A stretch of DNA of 64,000 bases from Octopus sinensis (Eukaryota). The DNA lies in assembly GCF_006345805.1 (NCBI RefSeq), contig NW_021832425.1:1-64000 (forward strand), read 5' to 3'. Every line of letters starts with the position of its first letter. Within the stretch, counting starts at the first letter, position 1. The notes below the pieces were generated by a model, which was given only the letters and a program-made list of their open reading frames with translations, had not been told where the DNA came from and did not search any database. Of this stretch, positions 23,051-36,426 are shown piece after piece. Position numbers and translations under genes: made by a program.

Positions 23051-24404
23051 TTTGAAGACTTTATTTTTAGTTAAGTAAAAAATTTAATTTCTAATAAAAG
23101 ATTAATAGTGAGTCGTCATTTCTAACATTTAAATGGAATTCAAAAATGAAACTAGGATAGTTATCATGAATAGAGTTAAAAAATGTTAAGTTTTTTAAGG
23201 TGTTAATAATTAGATTTATCAAATTGATAAACTTAACACGCCAGGGTTATTTCAACTCACCCTATCAAGTATGAGGGCATCATGATCGTTAGAGTAAGGC
23301 CCGACATAATCAATTATTAATTGCATTACATAATTCGAAATAATTTTCTCTGTGCTTGGATTTAAATTGTTAATTAACAATCAATAAAGTTTCAACAAGA
23401 AAACTTCTAGTCAATTACAAAGAAAACTTCATTCTTTTCTAACAAAAAAATCCGAAAGTCTTCTCAACAAACTGGAAAGTCAAAAAAATTCAAAAGAGAC
23501 CTTTCACCTTATTACGCCTAAGCACAACCAAGCAACCTTAAATGCGTTTTCATTGTTCAAAATGTAAGAGTCAGGTTACCAGACGTCTCATTGACTGAAA
23601 GAGCAGTCCAGACAGAGCACAGGACCTATTAGTCGAGGCGCTAGATCTTCTTTGTTCGTTTATCAGTCAGGGGACACAGCCCAGAGGATCTGTTAATCAT
23701 AGCTTACATTGACTTGTGGAATTGTCACGTTTGAATTTAAAATTCATTTGCCTTTTATTTGTTGAGGCTAATTTTCGAATATGCGACCAACTACAGCATT
23801 CACTGTTTAAAAAACAAAGCTGACTCGACATAGAAAACACTCTGGTTTTTTAATTATTCTCTGTCATGTATGTTCGGAACACTTTTAAGAAGTCTATTGT
23901 AGATCCACTGACTTTCAGAGCACTTACAATCTATGAGTTTCATGGACGTAGAAAAACTCAGGCTTTATAAAAAAATAGTTTATTTCCAAATTTAAAAAAC
24001 AGTAATCAAAAAAAATTAGTCATAATAATTGTAGAGGATTAATTGTTCCTCCTGATCATTGGAAAATTGCTGAAATAATTGGTCCAAAGACCTCTCTTCC
24101 GCAAAACAATATAGATCTTCAATCTCGTAAAAATCCTCGTTTTCTATAGTCTCAATCTGTTCCATTTTTTGATTCGGTGGATTTAACCCGTCCCGATACA
24201 GTATTTATACTTGTTAATTAGTGAAAATTACGTTCGCTGTTAAATTTCTTTCCAATACTTCCTTTTTTATCTTATAAACAATATTTTGTGATTTAGCAAT
24301 TAATTAAAACTTTTTTTTACTTACGACCTCCAATTTTTATTAATCCTAATTTTTCACTGATTGCGACTGATTTTAATATTCAAGATCAAATATTTTTTAA
24401 TGAT

Positions 24405-24600
24405 GCATTGCTTTTGGGCAATTGCCATCGAGACTTCCTGTGTTTTTGGGGCCAATACGCTTGCTCATCTTAAAAAGCTTGGCCGTCTGTGGACCTATCG
24501 CTCCAGAGATCCCAGGAAATTTATATTCCTTATTCAGAGGATCTCGCTGGCTGTTTTACGCAAGAATTGTCTTTCAATCCTGCAAGTCAGTACTTAATAG
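24405..24600 (+). pseudogene. CRE-like 3' fragment, same subfamily as 12283-12860
   Basis: FWAIAIETSCVFG...RDPRKFIFLIQRISLAVLR. Confidence 0.75.
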
Positions 24601-26009
24601 CTAGGTTTTTTAACAATTTCCTTGGGTTTAAATAAATAATTGTAAGTTTTTTTAATTAATATGTCGAAATATATTTGAGTTTGTAATCTGGGAGAAAAGA
24701 TTTGAGTAATTATGGTTCGAAAGTTAATATTGATTATAGAAAAATCGTTGTTGTTCTGGAATCATAATTATGTTCTCCTTTTTAATTATGTAATTTGACC
24801 AGACAATAACTACATTTGATTTTAATAATTTCTAAAAACTCTTTTATCATTGAAGATATTGAAATTCAAAAATGCTTTTTTGAGTCGACAGGTTACAGCG
24901 ATCAAAAAATTTATTAAATAGTTAATTAAATGACAATATTCTTAGTATGCACAAAGATAAAGCTCACATACATCATTTTGGTCCTCTTCAATGATTCTGA
25001 AAACATTCGTATGTGTGTATCCCAACAATCATCGCCTAATTCAAACACCAAAAGAGATATTTTTCAGAGTTTTTTAAGGGCAGATACAGCACATAAAACT
25101 CTATGCATTATATACATTAAATTCGGAATTATCCTGCTTTAAGACTAAACATATAAATATTAATTTCAATCTGATTATATCGTATATTTACCAAAAATGT
25201 AAATTTTAACGCTGGTCTCTCATGGAGAGTCTCAATAGCGCAAAAAAGGGGTATGCAGTGAGGTATGCACTGTGGTGGTGTCAAAGCTCCGGTAAACATA
25301 CGGGTTTAATGAGTTCCGTGGACATTATTTCATATTTTTAAACTGGATGTTTAATACTTTTAATAGTATTTTGTAACACCATCTTTTTTACGACATCACG
25401 CTGGCTGGTATAAGTTGGCAAATAATTTCTGCTTTCTAGACTTTCTTGTAATATTCCGAGAATATACATTTAACTGCCAATTCAGTTGAGTGTGAGCTTC
25501 AAAAAACGTGGATCAAAGAATCTAAAGCCATTTGATTTCAACTCACGCAGAGTCAAGCCATTTCCATGCTTTTTGTAGGATTGATTTATAAGAAAGTTTT
25601 TAAGAATCCTGAACAGATTATACATACTATCTCTGACAACTAACTACTTATAATTGGACAATTGAAAATGAATATTTGAGATTGCATTAGTTTTCCGTTT
25701 GCATAATTTCAAATATATATTGGACGGAAAATTTTTCATTTAACTTCATTCACCAGGGCAATCATTTTGGGTACAATGAAGCTCTATGTAGGGGAAAATT
25801 TTTTATAGTAAAAAGAGCGATCATTCGATAAGTTGTTAAAGAATGCAAAAAATAATGAGTTTGGATAATAAATAGGAGTGAGTGAGACACATTCTAAAAA
25901 CTGGTTTTTATACAATCAAATAAACCTCACTCACTAGTGAATTATATATATTTTCGAGAGATACCGTTAGCCGTTTCAAAGATCGTTCGAAAATTTTTGA
26001 AAATTATAT

Positions 26010-27690
26010 AAATAATCTGTTGAAAGCAAGTCAGAAAAAGTCTGAGCTAACCTTTTCACAACTAACAAAAGACTGGGGAATTTGTCGATAAATGTGACCA
26101 TGGAAGGGAAATCAATTCCTCCAAATAAAACTTAAAGATACTAGGGATCACTTTTGAGACCTTTCTAAGCTTTACTCCCCATACGGAAAACGTGTTGACG
26201 AAATGCAATAAGAAACTAAACTTTCTAAAGCATTACTTGGAAACTTGGAAGACGCCAAAGGAACTGACGGATTAGAGTCTCTATACCAGGGGTCCGTAAG
26301 CTTTTTGGGTTTGCGGCCGCATAGCATTTTTTTCCTTCTCTTCTACGGCCGCACATTTTCTGCATTATTTTTCGATATTATATAGTAATTTTTTTTAAAT
26401 TAAAAAGTGACCCATAAGTTGCCCTCAAATTAATTGTATCTTCAAATTTTTTAATTTGTGAACAAAGTGCTTGTTGGTGAATAATACAATGTGTACATTG
26501 TACACCAATAACTGATTTATTGTTATACTCTTCTAAGACATATTCAGTTAGGCGTGTAACAAATCCTTGTTTTCTACTCAACATTGCTGGTGCGCCATCT
26601 GTGCATATTCCTCTTAGACATGTCATGTCCAATTTGAATTCCAAACAACATTGTTTAACTATTTCAAATATATCTTGACCCCGTACATTTCCAGGTAGTG
26701 ACTCCATGGATAGAAAATCCTCATGTATTTCAAAATCGAAGGATAGAGTACGAATAAATATGATCAGCTGAGCAGAATCACATATATAATTTGACTCATC
26801 AATGGCAAGTGAAATAAAATAAGTAGTTTGAGAATTTGATTTTTGTAGGAGTGATAGATTAAGATGCTCGGCAATATGAAACTGTCGGCGCTGAATTGTG
26901 TCACGTGAAAGTGGAATTGCTTCAAAGTTATGCTCCTTGTCTGGATCAATCCATTTAACTGATTCCATGATACATCTTTTCACAAGTTCGCCGTCTGAAA
27001 AAGGTTTTCCAGCAGATTCAAGGATATGAGCAACTCGAAAGGATGCTTCAACTCTTGCATTTGCCACATTTAAAAAAGTTTTTAAACATTTTTTTGTTGT
27101 CTTAATTTGTATTTCAAATTTTCGACGGAATCTTCTCTTGAACATTTGGACTTGACAACTAGGTGGTCTAAATGTCTTTGAAAATGTTGTTTAGCATTGT
27201 CCGGTTTATAGTTTTCACAATCTCATGGCACAATAAGCATTGCATACTGAGCATTATATTTAAGATTAGTTACTCGATGACCTAATTGTGCCCACGGCCG
27301 CACATTCATCGACTCACGGCCGCACTTGCGCACCCCTGCTCTATACACTCAATATATTAAACCGACAATTGGTTACGGATGTACAGTATGGGGAAGCAAA
27401 TGTCAAAAAAATCGACAATATTCAAATGGAGATTGTAAACCTCCTAGCGAATGTCACGGGGAACAAAATTCAACCAAAGGGACTAGAAGAAATTGTGAAA
27501 GAAAACAGTGAAGACCTCAGGAAAAAAGTCCATGTTCGGGATCCCCGACCTCTTAGAGTCTAAGACTTAGACAATGCACTCTAGAACACAGAGAAAAGAT
27601 GCAAAGGTATCTGAAAGAGGCTGGGATCATCTGAAATAGTTAATTATGGTTATGACGGTGTTATTGGTCCTAATAAATAAATAAAATATA
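26010..27690 (+). mobile_element. L2/Jockey/I-group LINE 3' region, interrupted by a hAT
   Basis: KILGITF..FLSFTPH..KCNKKLNFLK, then LYTQYIKPTIGYGCTVWG after the hAT; ends in an AATA-rich tail. Confidence 0.7.
26287..27338 (-). mobile_element. hAT (GTF2IRD2/SPIN-like) internally deleted transposon
   Basis: TIR caggggt(c/g)cg(t/c)aag, 8-bp TSD ctctatac (26279-26286 / 27339-27346). Motifs SLAIDES, ICTDGAPAM, HCIIHQQAL. Confidence 0.93.
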
Positions 27691-27754
27691 ACTCCACCCT
27701 AATAGTCTTGTTTATTAATTTACGGGTTAAAAAGATTCGAAAATACAACGATAA

Positions 27755-30700
27755 TTATCTCCTACAAGTTCCTCGTGCGGTTGTGGCAATGCACGCAAGT
27801 ACGGGCTCTTCTGCTCGATTTGCGGGAACTTTTTCCACCTCGGATGTGTAAGGATGTCCCGGCAGGCTGCATCCTCACTCAGTTTATGGAACTGCAATGT
27901 ATGTATGGGCTTTGGCCGGAAGACCCAGGCGAAAATATCGAATGAACCTGTCGTCTCTAGCGAGCCGTTGGATTTCGACAATACGGATTCTCTCCTGCTT
28001 TTCTTGTCTGAGCAAAGGAAGGCCAACAAGATTCCACTTAAGATCCCGAGACCCGTCCGGATCCCTGCAGCTATATGCCTGGCTTCCGCTATTGACGATG
28101 CACTCACGTCCAACGACCAAGAGGCCTGGCTCAAACTCTTCGGTTTCGCCCCGCTTGCACTTGGCATACCTTACACTGAGTCAAAGGAGCCACATCGGAA
28201 CACTAGAGAAAGTTCCATGCATGGAAACTCACTTTCCTCAAAAATGAAGAAAAATATCCACGATTTCCAATCACGATCTATTAACAAAACGAAATTTTCA
28301 AAAGCAAAACATCCGGACGCCGATCATACGCTCTTTCGGAATTGCCCAGATACACTCTGAGAGAGAGTAAATCGTAAACTTCTTGAAGGCGACGTCCGGG
28401 CGGCGCTGCGGGTCGTTTCCAGCGACGATACCGTCCTGGCTCCAACACCTGAAGTCCTCGAGCAGATCAGACGAAAACATCCATGTCCGCCGGAAGATTA
28501 CCGCCCATTCGTGCTCCCGGGAGATATGCCAAGGACAACTGTTACTGAAGGCGAAGTGCGGCGCAGCATTTCGTCGTTCGCGGCGAGCAGCAGTGGAGGT
28601 CTCGATGGCTTGCGACCAGGCTACATCAAGGATCTCACGGCTGGGGCTACTGCGGAGGCGGGCCGCAACCTTGTCAAAATCACAAGATGGTTATGCGTAT
28701 TTTGAACGGGGATATCCCTCCTCTCGCAAGGGAGCTTCTTTTCAGCGCACATCTACTTGGCTTCAAAAAACCCGAAGGTGGGGCCCGCCCTATCGCGGTC
28801 GGGAACTACTTCAGAAGGCTAACAGCTAAAATTGCATGCAGTCTTGTCTGTCCGAGAATATCTGAAGAATTTCCCCCTTCCAACTCGGAGTTGGGGTAAA
28901 GAACGGATGTGAGGCGGCGGCGGTGCATGCCGCAAGGTGCTTTTTCACACAGAAAAACGAACAAAATCCAAAAATGGGAGTCAAGCTTGACATCCGCAAT
29001 GCCTTTAATTCACTGCGGAGGGATCAAATTTTCGAGACTGTAAGCAAACGAGCCCCGGAACTCATTCCACTCGTCTACCTGGCCTACGGAACCAAGTCTT
29101 CACTCGTCTTTGCGGACAAGATTATCTATTCGGAGACTGGAGTCCAGCAAGGGGACCCGCTTGGTCCACTTCTCTTTGCGTTGGCAATTGACGAAACTGT
29201 ACGTTTCATCAGCGCGGAACTGAACCTCTGGTATCTTGATGATGCCACGATTGGAGGGCCGTGGGGAAAAGTTTTTGACGTTCTGTCACAAGCCGTGCCT
29301 GTACTACGAAAACTCGGACTTGATATAAATATAAAGAAATCGGAGCTGATAAATATCACATACTCGGAAAGTGATTTTATCAACGTGGTCAAGTCTTTCG
29401 AATCGATATTACCTGGGATTACTGTCTTACCTCGGGAGAGGGCATACTTTCTTGGGTGCCCACTTGGCGAAAAGGAACTGCGGTGCCATCTGCTGGAAAA
29501 AAACAAGGGTCTTTCTAGAGTTACGGAGAAACTCTCCTTACTCAATGCTCATACTGCATTCTTCCTTTTGAAAAATAGCATTGGCTTGCCTAAACTCCAA
29601 TACGCTCTCCGTTGTTCTCCCTGCTTGGAACATCGAGACATTCTACAGACACTGGATAGGACTTTGAGAAGTTCAGCTGAATCGCTCTTGAACATCCACT
29701 TTGACGAACCTGGTTGGAATCAATGCAAGCTTCCTACACGCATCGGAGGAACGGGTCTCAGGTCGGCGCTGGATTTCGCATTCCCGGCATATCTGTCATC
29801 GCTTTCAAGCTGCAGTCATCTCGTCCAGGAAATCCTACGTAACACTACTGGACTCTCCTTGGACACAGTATTTGACAAGGCTTGCTTGCAATGGAAGGAA
29901 GCCGGACTTTCAATCCCAGATGATGTCTCGAGACAGAATTGTTGGGACGCAATATCATGCAAGGCTGTCGTTGATGACCTGAAGCGGGAGTTGAACCAAC
30001 ACCGGCTCGTCTGTTTGCTATCCGGGGCACAGCACGGGAGTGGTGCGTGGCTCCACGCATTTCCATGCAGTTCATTCGGTACGCTTATGGACGACGATTG
30101 TGTGAGAATCGGTGTTGCACAACGCTTGGGTCTTGACGTCTGTCAGGAACACAGATGCCGGTGTGGAGGAATAGTCGATTCCAAAGGACTACACCCTTTG
30201 TCTTGCAAGAGGAGTGCAGGTCGCGCTCCCCGCCATGCCGCACTCAACGACATAATACGACGGGCCCTCGAGAGCGCAGGATTTCCAGCACACCTGGAAC
30301 CCGTCGGGCTTGACCGGGGAGATGGCAGAAGGCCCGATGGGATAACTCTTTTCCCGTACTCCCAGGGAAAATCACTCGCATGGGATGCGACGTGCGTAGA
30401 CACGTTCTCCCAGTCCACGATTCTTCGGAATATTCATTCGCCCGGTTGGGCTGCTAATGCAGCAGAAAAGGCGAAGATATCTAAGTATTTGGAGATCGGA
30501 AAACTTTTCCGTTTTGTCCCAATCTCGATAGAGACGTCTGGTGTAGTGGGATCCAAAACCGCGGAATTTCTCAAGGAAATTGGGGCGATGCTGGCTAAAC
30601 GAAGGAGGGACAGTCGCGAGGGGTATTGGCTTCGCCAACGTATCGGAATTGCAGTTCTTCGTGGCAACACGCACGCGATACTGGCTGCCGGAGCGTGACG

Positions 30701-30760
30701 ATTTATAATACTTTTCAGTGACATTTTGTAATCTTTTAATCTCTTTATTAAAAAAAAAAG
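27755..30760 (+). mobile_element. Near full-length CRE-like non-LTR retrotransposon: PHD finger - RT - RLE
   Basis: PHD-like CGC..CSIC..FHLGC..WNCNVC at 27776-27904. RT motifs GVQQGDPLGP and WYLDD, C-terminal CxC..HPLSC and RPDG..WDATC, A-tail. One TGA (28358) and two frameshifts (about 28685 and 28875); the 591-aa 3' ORF is open. Confidence 0.92.
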
Positions 30761-32159
30761 ACAATTAACTTAATTTTAACACTCATTTTTCAAAGCATTT
30801 TTATTGACTTAAAAAATATAAATTGCTCTTAAAAAGTCAATTTAATTGACTTTAAAATCGATTTGATAATATTCCATTAACTGCTCATTATTATAGCACA
30901 TCCCGTAGGGACATAAACAGAGTCATATTGCTACATATGCCAATTATATTGTTTGAGGTGGTGACGTTCCTTTTTTGCACTATGTCTAATACACACATAA
31001 TTTAACTATGTCATGAACTTTAGTTTGCACCAACAAACAGTTTTTATCATATCCACTTGAGATAGAGATAGTATAAATATTTTTCTCGAAAATTTCATTA
31101 TATTTAGAAAATTTTTTGAAGTCAGAGTGGAATGAATTTGACAATGATTTAATTTTATACATAATTCGTCTAAGAGGAGTACAGCAAATCAAACTGATCT
31201 TCAATTACTGAAAAATCAGATAATCTTCGAATGAATTTTCGATGTAATGGCAATGTAAGGCCATTAATTGGAAACTGTACCTATCTGTTGATTTATTATT
31301 TTTCTATTCGATCAAAACTGATGGACATAATCAGCCTAATTTGTTTGGGGAACAGTCTATAAAGGAGATTTTATAATTTTGGAATTTTGTAGTACATATA
31401 GCACAAAAATAGATATTGTTACGAAGAACTTTGTTCTTTTAAAGTAATTCACGAGAATTTGTTCCACTTGAGGCAAAACAAGATTAGACAAGTACTTTTT
31501 TAAAGAGTTCAAGAGCAAACCAATATTATTTATTTTCTACCACTCCAAAATAACGATAAATATCTAATAGATTAATTAGTTTAGCAGGTCTAAGTTATTT
31601 TCAAAGAAGAAAAGATAGTATTATGTTTATGGTAGTAATGTAGCCTGGCGGATTGCCAAACTGTTTCCCCGGATAATGGCAATTAGTTTAGCATCATTCT
31701 TTAATAAATAATAATTTTTCTCTGATTTCTCTAAATTCTTCTCTTAACCAGGCAATTTAAATTTTCAATCCCTTATCATACATTCCAGAGTTTTAGGAAA
31801 AAATTTCAAATCACTATGCAACCCCTTATTGAGGCGACCCCGGACGTGTGGCACCCTCGGGTTTTGGGGTACTTTGATTTTTTAGGAGTTTTTTGTTTTT
31901 TCTTAAAAATATAAACTCTGTTATGGGGCATGCTTTTTCTTATAAATTTACAATGGAAAAATATCTAAAATATGTCTCAAATTTATTTTTAACATGCAAT
32001 AAAATATTTTAAATTTTTTAGTTTTTTTTGAAAAACACATATTTATGCGCTTTTCCATGAAATCGAAAATTCAAAACCAAAAAAACTGAACAAATTTAAT
32101 CTACCTAAATATATTAAAGAAAAAGTTTCATTTTTTCAAATTCGTTCAAATTTAATCAT

Positions 32160-32810
32160 TTGTAATCTCGCTGCAGAAAAAAGGCATAATGATTGGCATG
32201 TATAAATCTGGAAAAACATACAGAGAAATACAAGATATCACCGAAAGTTCTTTTGGCAAGATATCGAAAATTGTCTGAACTTACTCAAACAACTGCTTAA
32301 CGGACAGAAAAGCTGGGTCGACTATCGTTGCTTAATCGTTAAGAAATATTTCAAATAAATGAGTTTCGAAAAGTGGATGTCATTTCAACTGTGTAAAATA
32401 TGCCAAAACTTTTACAGAAAAAACAGGAGCTTAAACAATACGAAATACAATGAACAAATTGGTCTGAATGCTTTTCCGCCCACATAAAGGCCACTTCTCC
32501 TTCAACAACATTAACTCCGATGATTGACCCTATGCCAAACATGGAATGATCCGAAATAATGTTCTTTGGCAATAGCAAGGCGCTTTCTTCAAGCAAATAA
32601 TATCTAATTGGTATCATGGACTGCACAAGCGCCAGATTTAAACCCTATAGAGAATGTTTGGGCCTTTGTTAAAGAAAAAATCGAAGGAAGAGAATTTTTG
32701 AAAAAGGAACATTTATTTGCAGAAATAGCATCCATTTGGAATGAACTTAAAATAGAATACGCAAAAAGTCTTATTAATAGCATGATAGGCCGAACGAATA
32801 CTAGATTTAA
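32160..32810 (+). pseudogene. Internally deleted, decayed Tc1 transposase
   Basis: IGMYKSGKTYREI (HTH) and QAPDLNPIENVW. Confidence 0.8.
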
Positions 32811-32879
32811 TTAGAGCTAATGTGAAAAAAGTCTTACGAAACATCGATGTTGGAAAACTTTTTTAAAACTTATGATAAT

Positions 32880-33770
32880 TATTTGGAAGCATATTTTACC
32901 AAGGATATCTTCAACTGCAATGAGACTGTATTATTTGTGAAAAAAATCTGACTGTAAATCCTGCGTAATTAACTGATACTTGTGCTGGTGTCAAAAAATA
33001 AAGTAATGTAAATGCTTAGATAACAAGTTATAAGTTATATTTTAATGCATGGTTGTATGTAATAAATGAAAGATAATATGTCGCTCGCTGCGCTCGCGAC
33101 CACTCAATTTCTACATGCGATCAATCAAACAATTTATAAATTGACAAATACCCAGGCTGGTATTTGGGTTTAAATATATTCGATAACAAAAATTAAAATC
33201 GATGCCAAAGCAGAATGTGCTTTAAAACCGATTTCATAAATAAAAATAATATTTTAAAATTTATAATTGATATTTTGAGAAAAAATCTAAATGCTTCATA
33301 ATTTATTAAAATGTCAAAACAAGAATCTTCTGAAGGAGCAAGCCTGTCTGCACAGTTCATTTTTGATTAGAAGACCTAATTTTAGAGATTGAAACGACAA
33401 ATAGCAGTGAGATCTGTCAAATTATTACCCCCCTCACAACCTAAACCAAATTAGCGTTCAGTATTCATTGATTTTACTTTTTCTATTAAGGTCTACTTAT
33501 AAATTATTTTTGGGGATTCAATGGAAAACTTAAGTTATTTCAATTTTAATTTTAAATCATGTTAAAATTTTAAATAATTTAATAAATATATTTGTTGATG
33601 ACAGGCTTGTTAGGTGTCAAAGTCGCGTCTAGCGCTCGGTCGCTCGCTGCGCTCGCGACATAATAAAAGAAATATTTTATTAATTTTAAATAATGCAGGA
33701 TGTTATAAAGCAGATGATTATTCTAATATAAACTTTGTATATCTGCCTAAAAATACTACTCCGCTCCTTA
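32880..33770 (+). pseudogene. Decayed pogo/Tigger DDE transposase, split by an insertion
   Basis: KDIFNCNETVLF, FNAWL, and after the insertion ILLILNNAGC..NINFVYLPKNTT. Confidence 0.7.
33079..33660. mobile_element. 582-bp non-coding TGT..ACA element with hairpin termini
   Basis: 5-bp TSD taata (33074-33078 / 33661-33665); both ends carry gtcgctcgctgcgctcgcgac. Confidence 0.85.
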
Positions 33771-34599
33771 AATAAATAAATAAAATAAGTCAGCACTCTC
33801 CATTTCAACTATTGTTACTTCAAGTTTATGGGGATAAGGATCCCATGCAGAAGAAAAATCTACGTGACTGAATTTCATACTACTTTAATTATCCAACAAT
33901 ATCTTCCTTGTTTTGCAAAAAAATTTAATTTAAAAAAAGCAAATTTAATTGAATTCCTTTTCAGATGTTTAGAAAATCGAATTCAATGTAGTGATTGAAT
34001 CCATTTTCATATCACATTGGATAATGATTTTCACAATTTTTTTGTTTTTAAAATATACAAAATAATATCGAGGAGAGAATTTATTTCTTCATTTTTTCAA
34101 ATTTTTAATCAATATTTGTTTAGAGCAAAGTATTTCCGATTAGTATTTCGTTGATTGAATCCTGTCAATATCTTTGCAGTTCGGAATGTCTAATCATATC
34201 TTGCTGTACATGACATATCTAAATTTATAAACTGAAAAAATTACTTTTTTATTACAAAAAGTATGGTCGTTGCCTCGAAAGGACAGTAATTGCTGAAAAT
34301 AAACGAGGAACTTTTGTCAAATTGTTGTAAAAGCACAATTCATGCGTTTTCATTATAAAACATAGTTAAAACACCGACCTCAGTAATATCAGATACTACT
34401 GTTTGAATACATCAGTAGAGATCATAGAGGCCCCATTCATCACGTTGAAAACCACAAAGGTACGCTTACATTGAACTACAACTTTAAAGATATGGAGTTT
34501 CTCCTAAATGTTATTTATCCATTTAAGTAATCTACAAGTTTTCCGAACTCTAAAAAATACTAGGCAAAAATTTTTTACATCGATTCACACACATAATTA

Positions 34600-34840
34600 T
34601 TTGTTAGTTAGTTAGTTAATGCACGTTCGCGTTGCCAGTAAACTAAGTTTATGGTTTCGCTTGTGCCATGTTTTTAACTATTCTTGTTGTTGGCCCCTTC
34701 CATCCCTTCCGTCGTCTTTCCCTCTTTCCGATTTCGTCAAGATCGTCTGCATCTTTCAATCGGCCTCCGATCGTAGCATATTCCTTTGTAATTTATATAC
34801 ACAACATGTAATCGCTCTAAGGTTCTTAGGGTCAATATAG
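34600..34840 (-). pseudogene. RTE 3' remnant with (TAAC)n tail
   Basis: RLKDADDLDEI..RKGW resembles the RTE C-terminus; (GTTA)n on the plus strand at about 34603-34618. Confidence 0.5.
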
Positions 34841-35222
34841 TTCGTTTTATTTAAAAAATTAAATAAAAAACTATTGAAAATTAAATTTTGGAAGTAAAAT
34901 AGTATTACTAATTCAAAATATCAAAGTCACGTGTATTAAATATTTGGAGAGGGCAATAGTAATCCATCCATTATTTATTTTTATTATTCCGACTACCTGC
35001 TTTACTTAAATTGAAATAATTTGGTGGCAAACATGTTTTTTAGCAACAGTAAAATTACGGAACAAATGTGGAAATAAAAAAATCGTTAAATTAAAACTTA
35101 TTTCCGAAATAAATTTATTCAAAATTACATTTTCATGGAATTAAAATTAAAATCAATCGAATAATAAGATAATTTCAAATTAAATTCAATAAATAATTCA
35201 AAAATTCATAAAATACTAATAA

Positions 35223-35458
35223 TCAGTACTTCCCCACCTGATCTTCTCCTTGGTCGGTAGAAGGAGCACAAACTGGAGGTGGATCGGGTTTGTCAAAATC
35301 CACGTTGGGTTGCGGAATTGTTTTTTTAATTTCAGAATCCTTGAGAGGAACTGTTGTTGGAGAAGTAGTTTTCGATTTTTCCAAAGCTTGTTTTTTGAGA
35401 GTTTGTTCTAGAAGTAAATGCATTTTCACAGTTCCACATTCATCCGAAGGTGAAGACT
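35223..35458 (-). CDS. Probable terminal exon of an unidentified host gene
   Basis: Open 78-codon Pro/Thr/Lys-rich frame that begins after a tttag acceptor; upstream exons not resolved. Confidence 0.35.
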
Positions 35459-36221
35459 AAAATTATTATGTATATTTTTATATATAAATAGAATCAAATT
35501 AGTGATAACACGATATCGAATAACTACTACCATTTGATGTAATCAAGGAATAAATTCAAATCGTCAATATGCTATTTAATTAATCAATTATCTAACAAAT
35601 ATTTTTTTTTAATTCAATATAATATAATTAATAATTAGTGTCGATAATAAAGAAAAAAATAATTATAAATAATTAGGAACTAAAATAATGAAAAAAAAAT
35701 GGAAGTGATATGGTCCATTAATCCGTCAATATTAGATGTAGATATCAAAAATTTGACATCCCTATATCTCGTTTCTATTTCTATAATAACTCTGAATTTT
35801 GTGACTTTAATTACTTTAATCCTCATTTTAAATAATTTAAATTAAATCCCTCTCATCTAAATACAATTTTTATTTGAAACAAAGACAATAAAATCCTTTT
35901 GAAATCGTACCTGTAATATAAAGCTCCGTAAATAAACATAAAAATAGTGTTTCAAATCTGTGAAAATTTATTACCAAAAAATAGGTGAAGGAATTGTGGA
36001 TATATTCAAATTTGCAGCCTCATTTTAAAAATACTAGAAACTTAAATAAAAGATAAAATGTTTTAATTTCAACATTTTCATTATACGATATCAAATAATT
36101 ATCATTTGATGTCATTATCACGAATCAATTTTAAGCAGATTAACCTAAAACAAAAAGTATATGTATAATTAGCAAACCGATTAATCTGAAGTAAAAAAAT
36201 TCAGAAAACTTAACGAAAACG

Positions 36222-36426
36222 AAGTTCGTCGAGATCATTTTTAAAAGTCTCAAGTCGTCTTGCTGTACAACCGGTAGGGTTGTTCTGGGTCGTCCTCGGA
36301 ATTTTACTGGCTCAAAACCGCGGAAGCTGAAAATCGTTGGTACAGAAGGTCGTGTCGTGTGTGGCACATGTAGGAATATAACTCTTTTCTGTTTATGTCC
36401 CTACGGAATGTGCTAAAATAATAATA
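36222..36426 (+). mobile_element. Short RTE insertion with 5' inversion
   Basis: 10-bp TSD aacgaaaacg (36212-36221 / 36427-36436). The left part encodes FRGRPRTTLP..DLDELR on the minus strand; the right part is 3'UTR plus a (TAA)n tail on the plus strand. Confidence 0.88.

Noticed and set aside
28355-28900. Programmed readthrough or frameshifting in the CRE ORF
   Set aside because: The TGA aligns with an ordinary residue in the homologous copy (DTLN vs DTL*). One shift is in a C-run and the other has no slippery site. Mutation or indel sequencing error is simpler.
27727-30764. Long antisense and overlapping ORFs over CRE, RTE and R4 elements
   Set aside because: These are shadows of GC-richer coding sequence, with no motifs and no conservation between copies.
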